Shown here: piece after piece, positions 20,293 to 29,930 of the stretch
How positions within the stretch are numbered: position 1 is the stretch's first letter
Layout: each line of letters starts with the position of its first letter
Assembly (NCBI GenBank): GCA_964629685.1
Contig: CAZVTT010000001.1
Coordinates: forward strand, 449,319-513,318
DNA length: 64,000 bases
Direction of reading: 5' to 3'
Source of the DNA: an uncultured Gammaproteobacteria bacterium
GTDB taxonomy: Bacteria; Patescibacteriota; Microgenomatia; UBA10105; UBA927
Made by a program: the position numbers and the translations under genes
Notes under the pieces: generated by a model
Seen by the model: the letters and a program-made list of their open reading frames with translations, nothing else
Told to the model about the DNA's origin: nothing
The model's database searches: none

Positions 20293-21711
20293 ATGACAAC
20301 ATCATTACCAGATCTGGTATTGCCTAAAATAAGACATTTTGGTCTTTCAATAGATACTAACTCCCTTCATGCTGTTGAATTAGATAAAAATAATGAAATT
20401 AAACATATGGCAGAAATACTGCTTCCTGATGGTGTATTCGCTGATGGAATTCTTAAACAGTCAGCGATATTAACGGAAGGTCTTAAGCGGTTACGTTGGT
20501 CAGCAAAAATAGATACGCCATATATTGCCGTTTGTTTTCCTGAAGCTTTTGCCTTTACCCGTGGCCTCATGCTTCCTGCGATTCCGTTAGAAGAAGTGGG
20601 TGAGGCAGTGCTTTGGAGAGCAAAAGATCTATTTCCTTTTCCGGTTGAGGAAATATATTTTGACTGGAAAGTACTCAGTAAAACTGAAAATGAATATAAA
20701 TTAGCGGTTGTTGCGGTTCAAAAGAAAATTATTGATCCATTAATAGATGTACTTGTTCAGGCTGGTTTACGTCCATTAAGTTTTGAACCGGATGCATCCG
20801 CTATCGCGCGACTGCTTGTACTTAAACCGGATCAACATATATTGGTAGCGGATATTAATAAAAAGGTCGCCTATGTTACGTTAGTAGAGGGACAGAAGGC
20901 GTTATTTACCACCGTGGTAAATTATCCTTTGGAAGGCGGAGTAGCAAAGTACATAGCAAATTTAAATGATACGATCAATGAAATCGGTACGTACTACAAA
21001 CGAAAAGGTGTAGTTAAAGAGGATGTTGTCAATGTTATTCTTACAGGAGAAGTGGCATCCGAAGATTGGTTAAAACAAATACCATATCCTTCAAAATTAT
21101 TAATAACAAAAACGTCTAATACCGGATATAACAAATCTTATGCCGCTGCCATTGGCAAAATTGTACCGCCTACAGATCCTGATACGATAAATTTATTACC
21201 GTCTTCTAAACAGTTATATTACGACAGTGAGCGTAATAATACCTATTATAAAGTGCTTCTAACCAGAATTCTTATTTTTGTCGGTATTTTAGCCGGAATA
21301 TCCGCAGCAGCTTATGCATCCGTATTATTTGAACGGCAAAGGCTAGACACTGAAGTGAAGCGTATGACGACTTTAAACCAATCTCAAACTACCGGTTCCC
21401 AAGGGTTATTACGTTTAAATGCAGAAGCTAAGGCAGTGGTTGCTTTAGCACCACTCCGTAAAACTCAAAAGGATAACATAGCATTACTGGCATCTTTAGT
21501 ACCACCAACTATTAAGTTAACGGAAATGGAATACGACGACTCAAAATTGCTTTTTACGATTAGCGGAGTAGCTACTACAAGAGAGGCATTACTTGAGTTT
21601 AGGGAAAAGCTGGAGAATTCTGAGTCATTTGGAAAAGTTAACATTCCGCTTGGAATTCTGGAAGTACCAGTTAACGTGCGGTTTGCACTGTCATTTGTAA
21701 CAACCAAATAA
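20293..21711 (+). CDS. pilM: Type IV pilus assembly protein PilM fused to PilN-like C-terminal TM/coiled-coil region
   Basis: N-terminal actin-like PilM pattern (FGLSIDTNSLHAVELD...). TM helix ILIFVGILAGISAAAYASVLF near residue 330, then a PilN-like periplasmic region. Confidence 0.7.
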   Translation: MTTSLPDLVLPKIRHFGLSIDTNSLHAVELDKNNEIKHMAEILLPDGVFADGILKQSAILTEGLKRLRWSAKIDTPYIAVCFPEAFAFTRGLMLPAIPLEEVGEAVLWRAKDLFPFPVEEIYFDWKVLSKTENEYKLAVVAVQKKIIDPLIDVLVQAGLRPLSFEPDASAIARLLVLKPDQHILVADINKKVAYVTLVEGQKALFTTVVNYPLEGGVAKYIANLNDTINEIGTYYKRKGVVKEDVVNVILTGEVASEDWLKQIPYPSKLLITKTSNTGYNKSYAAAIGKIVPPTDPDTINLLPSSKQLYYDSERNNTYYKVLLTRILIFVGILAGISAAAYASVLFERQRLDTEVKRMTTLNQSQTTGSQGLLRLNAEAKAVVALAPLRKTQKDNIALLASLVPPTIKLTEMEYDDSKLLFTISGVATTREALLEFREKLENSESFGKVNIPLGILEVPVNVRFALSFVTTK

Positions 21712-21712
21712 A

Positions 21713-22261
21713 ATGGGAAATAAAACAACATTACGGGTGCAGAATACGATTTCGCTTTTCGTAGCTGGCATTGTAGGGCTGACGTTAATGAACATTCTTT
21801 TCTTGTTATTGGTATCGAATGAAGGGAAGACTATTTCTTTGTTGAAAAAACAACTCGTGCAGTTGGAACAGGATAATGTAATTTTAGATTCTTCTGAAGA
21901 GATATCAGAATCGTATACAGAAGAAATTGCACTCCTATCAAAAGTATTTCCGAATGAAGAAACCATTCTTAGCTTTCTTCAATCTCTTGAAGGTTTAACA
22001 AAAGAAAATTCCAGTGAATATTCCGTTAAATTTACGTCGTTAAATCCGCTTGCAGAACAGGACAAATTGTTTCTCGTTTTATCCGTTTTTATGAAGACAG
22101 ATAAAACCCGTTTGGCAAATTTTTTGAAACGGTTGGAACAACTACCGTATATGACACAGGTAAATAGTACAGTTATTCATATGCCGGATGGTTTTGACGG
22201 GAGCTTAGATGTGAGTCAAACCATTAAAGTTTATGTCCAAAATCCCTTTGCTGCAAAATAA
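21713..22261 (+). CDS. PilO-like pilus assembly protein
   Basis: N-terminal TM then coiled coil (LLKKQLVQLEQDNVILDSSEE), position after pilM/N. Confidence 0.5.
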   Translation: MGNKTTLRVQNTISLFVAGIVGLTLMNILFLLLVSNEGKTISLLKKQLVQLEQDNVILDSSEEISESYTEEIALLSKVFPNEETILSFLQSLEGLTKENSSEYSVKFTSLNPLAEQDKLFLVLSVFMKTDKTRLANFLKRLEQLPYMTQVNSTVIHMPDGFDGSLDVSQTIKVYVQNPFAAK

Positions 22262-22439
22262 GGAAAATATAATTACGGTTGCAATACTAACCGTGTTGAT
22301 ATCTCTGGTGTTGGCGAACGTTATGGTATTAGCGCCTTCCGTTATATCTGTATTTTCCCGAACGGAAACGAAAACTAAGACAAATCCGATAGATATAGGT
22401 ACGTTAAATAGTGCGGTGGAAATATTAAATACTCCTTAG
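22233..22439 (+). CDS. Small hydrophobic protein, uncertain
   Basis: 68 aa ORF with one TM segment overlapping the pilO end; no clear RBS. Confidence 0.25.
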   Translation: MSKIPLLQNKENIITVAILTVLISLVLANVMVLAPSVISVFSRTETKTKTNPIDIGTLNSAVEILNTP

Positions 22440-22605
22440 GATAAAAGCAGGCGAATAGAAGAAGATTTTTATTGACAAGCTCTTGATTATTCTGTTACGC
22501 TAAATTTATAACGATGCTCATCACTGATCTCTTTTCCTGAAATGAATACCTGCCTATGGTTAAAAAACTTTTGACTTTTGTTCTTATAGAGAGGGGGTGA
22601 GAGTG

Positions 22606-23049
22606 ATGAAACAACTACTTAGAAAGTTTTCGGGGCGTAAAGGTTTCACCCTCATCGAACTTCTCGTCGTAATCGGAATTATCGGTATTTTAGCCGCAGT
22701 TGTACTTGTCGCAGTAAATCCTGGCCGACAATTTGCTTCCGCACGTGATACACAACGGAGAGCGGATTTGTATGGTATAACAAACGCTATTTACCAGTAC
22801 GCGACGGAGAACAATGGGAATATTCCCACTGTTATTACGGCAACCCCGACAAATATCGGTACTGGGGGCGGTATGATCGATCTTACCGCAACCTTAGTCC
22901 CGACGTATATTGCAGCAATTCCGAGAGATCCATCGAACGGAACGGATGCAAATACACAATACGTAATTTTCAGAAACTCAAGCGGTCGTGTTGTGGCAAG
23001 TGCGTCGAGTGAATTAAATCCTGGTCAGTATATTAGCGTTGTTCGGTAA
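22606..23049 (+). CDS. pilA: Type IV major pilin (PilA-like)
   Basis: Leader MKQLLRKFSGRKG then FTLIELLVVIGIIGILAAV; RBS GAGGGGG upstream of the ATG at 22606. The track start at 22597 is a GTG. Confidence 0.85.
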   Translation: MKQLLRKFSGRKGFTLIELLVVIGIIGILAAVVLVAVNPGRQFASARDTQRRADLYGITNAIYQYATENNGNIPTVITATPTNIGTGGGMIDLTATLVPTYIAAIPRDPSNGTDANTQYVIFRNSSGRVVASASSELNPGQYISVVR

Positions 23050-23070
23050 TGTACTCCTAGATTTTTTTAA

Positions 23071-23106
23071 CGTAGGCCCTCTTCTGAGGGCCTACGTTTT
23101 GTTTGG
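23071..23106 (+). terminator. Rho-independent terminator after pilA
   Basis: CGTAGGCCCTC-ttct-GAGGGCCTACG 11-bp stem followed by TTTTGTTTGG. Confidence 0.7.
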
Positions 23107-23171
23107 ATAGAATAATTCGTGCAGGCGCGATTGCATTATCGTACTTACTCGATTAGGCTAGAATTAGTACT

Positions 23172-23927
23172 ATGAAAACGGTTTTTCACAATAAGATTAT
23201 TGTAATAATCGGTATAGTTTTTTTATTGGTTGTTGTCGGTACTGTTTTTGTAACCGGACAGTTCGGAAATGCTTTAGGTATGCGGTTTAATAGCATTACT
23301 CCACCTATAAATACTGATCCCGTGTCCGGTCGTGAAAAAAAGCAAATAAAACGGGTTACCCTGCAAAGCGATGACGATACAAAATGTATTCAAGTTACTC
23401 CGGATGGCATTATCCGTGTATTCGAAACGTGTGAGGGAGAAGCTACCAACGCAGCGCGTTCACAGGAAAATAAAATTGTACAGGAATTGTTCAAACGGAT
23501 AGAAGAAACGACGTTTACGTCTCAGTATAAAAGACGTCCGAATGGAAAAAGCATTATAGTTACTGTGGAAACTGAGCAGGGTACAGAGGTGTTATACTTG
23601 CCGGTCTCATCCGGGGGAAACGGAAGTGGATTAGATAATCAAATACAACAAATAATAGAAACAATCGATAAAATAACAGAAATAGTGACTCTTCCAACGC
23701 CAACTCCTCAAATAACGGATACGCCAACTCCCACATTACCCCCGGGTGTGACGGCGACACCCACACCAACGACATCGGTCGGGGGACCAACGCCAACAGG
23801 TACGCCTGTGCCGACGGGAACGATTGCGCCACAGCCTTTTACCTGTGGCTTTACCGAAACAAACGGCCCTAAACCATATAATATTTCAAATTATGTCTGC
23901 ACGACGGAGCCCACTCCCGGATTATAA
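23172..23927 (+). CDS. Secreted/membrane-anchored protein with Thr/Pro-rich repeat linker
   Basis: N-terminal TM (IIVIIGIVFLLVVVGTVFV). C-terminal TPTPTPQITDTPTPTLPPGVTATPTPTT...PTGTPVPTGT repeats. Confidence 0.55.
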   Translation: MKTVFHNKIIVIIGIVFLLVVVGTVFVTGQFGNALGMRFNSITPPINTDPVSGREKKQIKRVTLQSDDDTKCIQVTPDGIIRVFETCEGEATNAARSQENKIVQELFKRIEETTFTSQYKRRPNGKSIIVTVETEQGTEVLYLPVSSGGNGSGLDNQIQQIIETIDKITEIVTLPTPTPQITDTPTPTLPPGVTATPTPTTSVGGPTPTGTPVPTGTIAPQPFTCGFTETNGPKPYNISNYVCTTEPTPGL

Positions 23928-23970
23928 GTATCTGTTGCATTTATGTTATGAACAGCGCTACCATTGATGT

Positions 23971-24393
23971 ATGTGGAAATCACGAGGATTTACACTTATA
24001 GAATTGCTTGTTGTTATTGGTATTATCGGTATTCTTGCTGCCGTCGTTCTGGTTGCTGTAAACCCCGGTCGTCAATTTGCAGCGGCACGTGATACTCAGC
24101 GGCGTAGCGACTTATACGGACTTACGAATGCTATTTATCAGTATGCAGTGGAGAATAACGGTAACATTCCTACGGTGATCACAACTACTGCAACAAACGT
24201 AGGTACGGGAGTAGGGCTAATAAATTTGAGTACCGTTCTGGTTCCCACATACATAGCTGCAATTCCGAAAGATCCGTCGAACGGTACTGATGCAAACACA
24301 CTTTATTCAATTTCCCGTAACGATAGTGGCAGAGTTGTGGCAAGTGCTTCCAGTGAATTAAACCCCGGGACATATATTCAAATTGTTCGGTAG
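23971..24393 (+). CDS. Type IV pilin paralog (PilA-like)
   Basis: MWKSRG then FTLIELLVVIGIIGILAAV. About 80% aa identity to the 22606 pilin, but nucleotides diverge at synonymous sites. Confidence 0.85.
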   Translation: MWKSRGFTLIELLVVIGIIGILAAVVLVAVNPGRQFAAARDTQRRSDLYGLTNAIYQYAVENNGNIPTVITTTATNVGTGVGLINLSTVLVPTYIAAIPKDPSNGTDANTLYSISRNDSGRVVASASSELNPGTYIQIVR

Positions 24394-24461
24394 TGTACCG
24401 CGTATCCTCTTGTGCATGGTGTACTGTCTGTATATATCTGGGTTCATTCGTTTTTTGATAT

Positions 24462-25982
24462 ATGCTGGCAAAAGTATATTCTGCTGCGCTGGTAGGCCTT
24501 GACGCTGTTACTGTCGTTGTGGAGGTGGATATAGCATCTCAGGGCTTACCTTCATGCACTATTGTAGGCTTACCGGATAAAGCCATAGAGGAAAGTCGGG
24601 AAAGGGTAAGGTCGGCGTTAAAGAATAGCGGGGCGGATTTTCCGGCCCGTCGCATTACTATAAATTTAGCTCCTGCAGATTTACCTAAAGAGGGACCGGC
24701 TTACGATTTACCGATTGCACTGGGTATACTTGTGGCATCTGGACAGATAAAAGCAATTGATACAACCCCATTTGTATATGGTGAATTATCTTTAGAGGGT
24801 ACCGTTCGAGCAACAAATGGTATTCTGCCCTTGGCATTATTGGCAAAAAAACTAAAAGGTCGCGACATTTTTATTCCGGCAGAAAATACAATGGAAGCGG
24901 CACTGGTTCCGGAAATAACTGCTTATCCTGTGGATTCCCTACAGGTATTATTTGATCATCTTACTGGTGTAAAACGTATTAAACCTGCTGTGCCGGTGTT
25001 ACGTAACAATGATAGTGCCTCGGAAACCGATATAGATTTTGGCGATATTCAAGGGCAGGAACAGGCGAAAAGAGCAGCAGAGATCGCGGTTGCAGGTGGG
25101 CATAACATGTTTATGCACGGTCCTCCAGGTGCAGGAAAAACGTTGCTTGCACGGGCAATTCGGGGAATTCTTCCTCGACTAACGGATCAGGAATTAATTG
25201 AGGTAACACAAATATATTCTGTAGTCGGTTTATTAACGCCTGGTACGACCGTATCAGAAAGGCCTTACCGTTCTCCGCACCATACTACCTCTAAAATCGG
25301 TTTGATTGGTGGTGGGAGTTACCCCAAACCTGGTGAAATATCCCTTGCACATAGGGGAGTATTATTCCTGGACGAAATATTGGAATTTCCGCGGAGTGTT
25401 CTTGAAGCCTTACGGCAGCCGGTTGAAGATGGTGTGGTAACTATCTCACGGGCGTCCGGTGCTGTACGTTTTCCGGCAAAATTTATGCTGGTGGCTGCTG
25501 CAAATCCTTGCCCATGCGGGTATTTCGGTTCGAACACACACCGATGTACGTGTACCATGACGCAGATTAACAGGTATCAGAAACGAATGTCTGGTCCACT
25601 GATGGATCGGATAGATATTCATGTTTCTCTGCCGGCTCTTGAGGTCAAAGACCTTATCTTAAGTACAACCGGGCAAAAAACTTCAAAAGAAATTAATTCG
25701 GAAGTTGAAAAAGCGAGAAGTGCACAGTTAAATCGGGCAAACATAATCGGAGTAACTACGAACGCGGAGTTAAGTTCACGTCAAGTGAAGAAATATTGCC
25801 ATATGACGCAGGAGGCGGAATCTATACTGCAGAAAGCAATAACTGTATACCAATTGTCTGCCAGGACATATTATCGAATAATAAAAGTAAGTCAAACGAT
25901 CGCAGATCTGGAATGTGCCGGTATAATCGAAATGCAGCACATTGCGGAAGCGTTACAATATCGGCCAAGGTTTTCTCAATGA
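24462..25982 (+). CDS. comM: YifB/ComM family Mg-chelatase-like AAA+ ATPase
   Basis: N-terminal Lon-like domain, Walker A HGPPGAGKT, Walker B LFLDE, C-terminal ComM-type region. Confidence 0.85.
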   Translation: MLAKVYSAALVGLDAVTVVVEVDIASQGLPSCTIVGLPDKAIEESRERVRSALKNSGADFPARRITINLAPADLPKEGPAYDLPIALGILVASGQIKAIDTTPFVYGELSLEGTVRATNGILPLALLAKKLKGRDIFIPAENTMEAALVPEITAYPVDSLQVLFDHLTGVKRIKPAVPVLRNNDSASETDIDFGDIQGQEQAKRAAEIAVAGGHNMFMHGPPGAGKTLLARAIRGILPRLTDQELIEVTQIYSVVGLLTPGTTVSERPYRSPHHTTSKIGLIGGGSYPKPGEISLAHRGVLFLDEILEFPRSVLEALRQPVEDGVVTISRASGAVRFPAKFMLVAAANPCPCGYFGSNTHRCTCTMTQINRYQKRMSGPLMDRIDIHVSLPALEVKDLILSTTGQKTSKEINSEVEKARSAQLNRANIIGVTTNAELSSRQVKKYCHMTQEAESILQKAITVYQLSARTYYRIIKVSQTIADLECAGIIEMQHIAEALQYRPRFSQ

Positions 25983-27241
25983 AAAGACCTCAGATTTTCC
26001 AGAAATTCGTTACAGTAGCCATAGGGTTAGTATTGATCATAGGCGCTTTTGTAGCATTTTCGCGCGCGAGTTCTTCGCTAGTATATGTTAACGATGAAGT
26101 CTCATGGTTTTTTCATACGAAGTTTTATGAGCTGGCTATCATTAAACAAGATTTTTCATCATCAGCCTGGCAGTCGTACGAAGCTTACGACCATCCTCCG
26201 TTAGTTAAATATATTTTTGGTTTTGTATTATGGAGATTCGACAAAAAATATGCATTTTACAGAAATGCTCTGGAACAGGAAATTACCCGATGGGATTATT
26301 ATTATGACAGCGAATTTTCAGTCTATTCCTATCCTGAATTAGAGAAATATTTATCTGTTTTACGGGTGTATCAGGTAGGAGTCTCTTCATTAACTGTCGG
26401 GCTTTTTTATAGTATTTTGATGCTGATATTCCGTAGCAGACTTTATAGCTGTATCGGATGTGGATTATTAATAACCAATCCGTTGTTTCAAGCCACAATG
26501 CTGAGGGCAATACCCGACGGTACTATGATACTTCTGGTTTTTACTGTCATTGCTGTCATGTTGTTATTCTTCCGTTCATATAGCTGGAAAACAGCTTTAG
26601 TTTCAGGAATATTTCTTGGTAGTGCAATTTCGGCAAAATTATCCGCACTGGCTATCGTGTTTGGTTTATTGCTTTTTATGGTACTAAAGCAATTTATACA
26701 TTCTCGGGTGCGTTCTATCGCACACCGGCAATTCGGAATTGTACTAATCATAGCTACAATAGTTTGGTTCGGAATTAATCCGTCGCTCTATTCTCATGGT
26801 CTTCAACATTCGTATGAGTATATAACATTTCGGATTGAACAAACCCACAAAATACAGTATGCATATCCTGAATTTACATTAATGTCTTTATCTCAGAAGG
26901 TGGCAGCTAGTTTCTGTGTGGTACTGTATCCGTGTGGATACCCAAACTACCCCAACGGAAGATTTATTGGCTGGGAGGGAATATATATAACTCTTGTACT
27001 GGCGGGTTTTATCAGGGGTATTCGTGCAATACGTATTAAGAATATTCGCGATCCGGATGTGTTTATTTTGAGTATTGGCCTCCAACTTGTTTTTTATACG
27101 GTTATTTATCTTCCTTTAGCGTATGACAGATATTTTTTATTCCTGATTCCCGTAGTCATTGGTACTTGTATAGTAGGGATGCAGGAAATTAGAGAAAGAG
27201 GAGCTCGTTTTATTAACACACTAGCGAAGGTAAAAGGCTAA
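25979..27241 (+). CDS. GT39/GT83-like (PMT_2) polytopic glycosyltransferase
   Basis: ATGA overlap with comM. DHPPLVKY loop motif characteristic of PMT/ArnT-type glycosyltransferases; about 11 TM helices. Confidence 0.6.
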   Translation: MKRPQIFQKFVTVAIGLVLIIGAFVAFSRASSSLVYVNDEVSWFFHTKFYELAIIKQDFSSSAWQSYEAYDHPPLVKYIFGFVLWRFDKKYAFYRNALEQEITRWDYYYDSEFSVYSYPELEKYLSVLRVYQVGVSSLTVGLFYSILMLIFRSRLYSCIGCGLLITNPLFQATMLRAIPDGTMILLVFTVIAVMLLFFRSYSWKTALVSGIFLGSAISAKLSALAIVFGLLLFMVLKQFIHSRVRSIAHRQFGIVLIIATIVWFGINPSLYSHGLQHSYEYITFRIEQTHKIQYAYPEFTLMSLSQKVAASFCVVLYPCGYPNYPNGRFIGWEGIYITLVLAGFIRGIRAIRIKNIRDPDVFILSIGLQLVFYTVIYLPLAYDRYFLFLIPVVIGTCIVGMQEIRERGARFINTLAKVKG

Positions 27242-27577
27242 TATTAGTTCGATGCTGAGAATAGTGCCGGCGAGTATCAATGTTTTGGTTAAATCTTTTC
27301 TTATGGCATTTAATTCCGTTTGATCTATGTTCGCCACCCCGATTCTTGCGACTTGACGGTCGGAAGAACGGGTAAAACTGAATAATGTCGGAGTATTCGG
27401 AGTGTGTGTATTACTTAGGGGTACATCCGGTGCTAGTACGGTACCTACAGTAGGCTTCCGTACTTTATCGGCGTGTTGTTTCTGGCGTTTGGTTTTTTTC
27501 GGCATAAGTTGGTAACAAGGGGAGCCTATCACAGCTGAGTTTTTGTTGTCAAACCCGTAAATTGTACAATTCATTTA

Positions 27578-27607
27578 TTGACAACATCTTCGTCGTAATC
27601 GTAACAT
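27578..27607 (+). promoter_or_regulatory. Putative sigma70-type promoter for the DUF4446-DUF3048 operon
   Basis: TTGACA, 18-nt spacer, TAACAT; 12 nt before the ATG at 27619. Confidence 0.35.
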
Positions 27608-27618
27608 AGTGAATACGA

Positions 27619-28107
27619 ATGGTGTTCAATACTTCCTGGTTTATTGTTTTAGGGATAAGTCTTAGTATTATCTGGCTAAGTATCGTAACTGTATTTTTGA
27701 TACGGTTGCAGAGACACTATAATAACCTGACTCGGGGAGTTTCAAAAAAAGGGCTTATTGAAATACTGACTAAGCTTATTGAAACTCACGAACAAGTAGA
27801 AAATAGAGTAACGGAGTTAGAATCTCAGCTAAATGCCCTGGAGGCAGATGGTGTCTGGCACTACCAGAAACTTGGTATTGTGAGGTTTAATCCATTTTCG
27901 GATACAGGAGGTAGTCAAAGTTTTTCATTGGCTATACTTGATGGTCACAATAATGGGATAGTTATGACATCTCTTCATGCCAGAAGCGGAAACAGGTGGT
28001 ACGTAAAAGAGATTGTACAAGGCAAGGGGATCAACGTAGAATTATCTAAGGAGGAGCAGGCGGCGATCCGTACAGCACAACGGCATCAAGACGACAAATC
28101 AGTATGA
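27619..28107 (+). CDS. DUF4446 family protein
   Basis: N-terminal TM, coiled coil, then VRFNPFSDTGGSQSFSLAILDGHNNGIVMTSLHAR pattern. Confidence 0.6.
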   Translation: MVFNTSWFIVLGISLSIIWLSIVTVFLIRLQRHYNNLTRGVSKKGLIEILTKLIETHEQVENRVTELESQLNALEADGVWHYQKLGIVRFNPFSDTGGSQSFSLAILDGHNNGIVMTSLHARSGNRWYVKEIVQGKGINVELSKEEQAAIRTAQRHQDDKSV

Positions 28108-29276
28108 AAAAACAACAATTGATCACTCTTGGTTTTATAGGGTTAAGTTTGTATCTAATTTCGGCAGGGTTATCTTTTGCCGGATTTAGTTATTTTGGAG
28201 GATCTACGGAAGCTGCTCCGGGGATTACGCTTCCCGATGATAAGAATAATCCAAAGTCCGGTTTTCAAGTTGATCCGGGTGCACCAAAAACGGAAGTGTG
28301 TCCTATAAATGGTCAGATGTTCACCACGGCGGAAAAAGACATTTGGCAAACCAGACGACCACTCGCTGTTATGATTGAAAACCATGAAGAGTCCAGACCT
28401 CAATCGGGTCTTTCGTCTGCTGACGTAGTTTATGAAGCTGTAGCAGAAGGTGGAATTACCAGATTTATGGGAATATTTTACTGCGGGGCGGCTACACCGG
28501 TAACATTGGCTCCCGTACGCAGTGCCCGTGTATATTTTCTTCCTTGGGTGCTTGAGTATGACGCGTTATACAACCACGTCGGCGGTGCGGGTCGGTGCAA
28601 TGATGATACCGTAGACGAACGTGCTAAGGCTTTGTGCAGGATCGAGGAATGGAAAGTTAAAGATATGGATCAGTTCGGTATTTCCTTCCCTACGTGTTAT
28701 CGGAACTACGATAGATTGGATCATCCTGTCGCTACCGAACATACTATGGTGTGTTTTTCGGATAAACTATTTAAATTAGCAGCTGAACGGGGTTGGACAA
28801 ACACTGATGCAACAGGTATCAGTTGGGACAAAAATTATCGATCTTGGAAATTTAAAGATGAAACGAAAGGTGCAGGTACCGTATCAACGATTAGTTATGT
28901 TGCCTGGAAAGGATATGAATCATCCTATGGTGTTAAATGGGATTATGATTCGGCCACAAATACGTATAAGCGATCAAATGGCGGCGTACCGCATGAAGAT
29001 TTGGAAGTAAAACAACAGTTAAGTCCCAAGGCGGTAATAGTGCAATTTGCGAAAGAAATCGGCCCAGTTGATACTCATGCGCATTTGCTTTATAACAACA
29101 TCGGTACGGGAGATGGTTTGTTGTTCCAGGATGGTACTATAACAAAAATATCCTGGAGTAAGCCCAACAGACTGGCACGAACCATTTTTAGTGACGAAAA
29201 GGGTAAAGAGGTTCAGCTCAACCGGGGTCAAATTTGGATTAGCATGTTACCTGTAGGTACAGTTGTTTCGTATTAA
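28104..29276 (+). CDS. DUF3048 (YerB-like) secreted/lipoprotein
   Basis: Signal/anchor sequence. RPLAVMIENHEESRPQSGLSSADVVYEAVAEGGITRF matches DUF3048 N-domain. ATGA overlap with upstream gene. Confidence 0.6.
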   Translation: MKKQQLITLGFIGLSLYLISAGLSFAGFSYFGGSTEAAPGITLPDDKNNPKSGFQVDPGAPKTEVCPINGQMFTTAEKDIWQTRRPLAVMIENHEESRPQSGLSSADVVYEAVAEGGITRFMGIFYCGAATPVTLAPVRSARVYFLPWVLEYDALYNHVGGAGRCNDDTVDERAKALCRIEEWKVKDMDQFGISFPTCYRNYDRLDHPVATEHTMVCFSDKLFKLAAERGWTNTDATGISWDKNYRSWKFKDETKGAGTVSTISYVAWKGYESSYGVKWDYDSATNTYKRSNGGVPHEDLEVKQQLSPKAVIVQFAKEIGPVDTHAHLLYNNIGTGDGLLFQDGTITKISWSKPNRLARTIFSDEKGKEVQLNRGQIWISMLPVGTVVSY

Positions 29277-29318
29277 AAATACATCGTATAAATTAGACCT
29301 GCCCCGGGAGGAGAACAC

Positions 29319-29906
29319 ATGATTTTAGAAGATATCATTATCTCCAGAGTCCGGGTAAAAATACTTACTCTTTTTTTATCGAACCCTGGTCACATATTTC
29401 ATGTTCGCGATATTGTCCGCAAGGTCGGCGAAGAAATTAATGCCGTTCGGCGTGAGCTTGCTCATATGGAAAAAGCCGGCATGGTGGCGAAGGAACAACG
29501 AGCCAACAGATTGTTCTACGGATTCAGAAAAGATTATCCTTTGTACTATGAATTTCTTGAGCTGGTGGGAAAAACGACAGGATTAGGTTGGGATATTCTT
29601 AAGCAGAAAGCGAAATTAGGTAAGATAAAGTTCGCTATGCTTTCCGGAAGATATTTACGGAGTGATACGAAAAAATCTCCAACCGATGTGGATTTGCTCA
29701 TTGTCGGAACTGTGGTCCTTCCCGAATTGGCGCAACTGGTTAAAGCTGAGGAAGTCAGGAAGGAACGGGAATTAAATTATACCGTAATGACGGATGATGA
29801 ATTTACCTTCAGAAAACGTCGACGGGATCCCTTTGTGCTGGCTATATTGGAAGGTTCCCGGGTTATGGTAGTCGGTGATGAGGAGGAACTTACTTCAGCA
29901 GCGTAA
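29319..29906 (+). CDS. Winged-helix DNA-binding domain protein
   Basis: N-terminal wHTH (RVKILTLFLSNPGHIFHVRDIVRKVGEEINAVRRELAHMEKAGMV); C-terminal about 100 aa unassigned. Confidence 0.5.
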   Translation: MILEDIIISRVRVKILTLFLSNPGHIFHVRDIVRKVGEEINAVRRELAHMEKAGMVAKEQRANRLFYGFRKDYPLYYEFLELVGKTTGLGWDILKQKAKLGKIKFAMLSGRYLRSDTKKSPTDVDLLIVGTVVLPELAQLVKAEEVRKERELNYTVMTDDEFTFRKRRRDPFVLAILEGSRVMVVGDEEELTSAA

Positions 29907-29930
29907 TCTGCTCATGGTACAATACCCACT

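Noticed and set aside
22440-22596. Sigma54-type promoter upstream of pilA
   Set aside because: No convincing GG-N10-GC element; only weak TTGACA-like hexamers with poor -10 partners. Left unannotated.
27221-27574. 117-aa minus-strand ORF in the 380-bp gap between the glycosyltransferase and DUF4446 genes
   Set aside because: No Shine-Dalgarno, overlaps the upstream gene end, and the region contains the likely DUF4446 promoter. It cannot be excluded as a small protein but is not supported.
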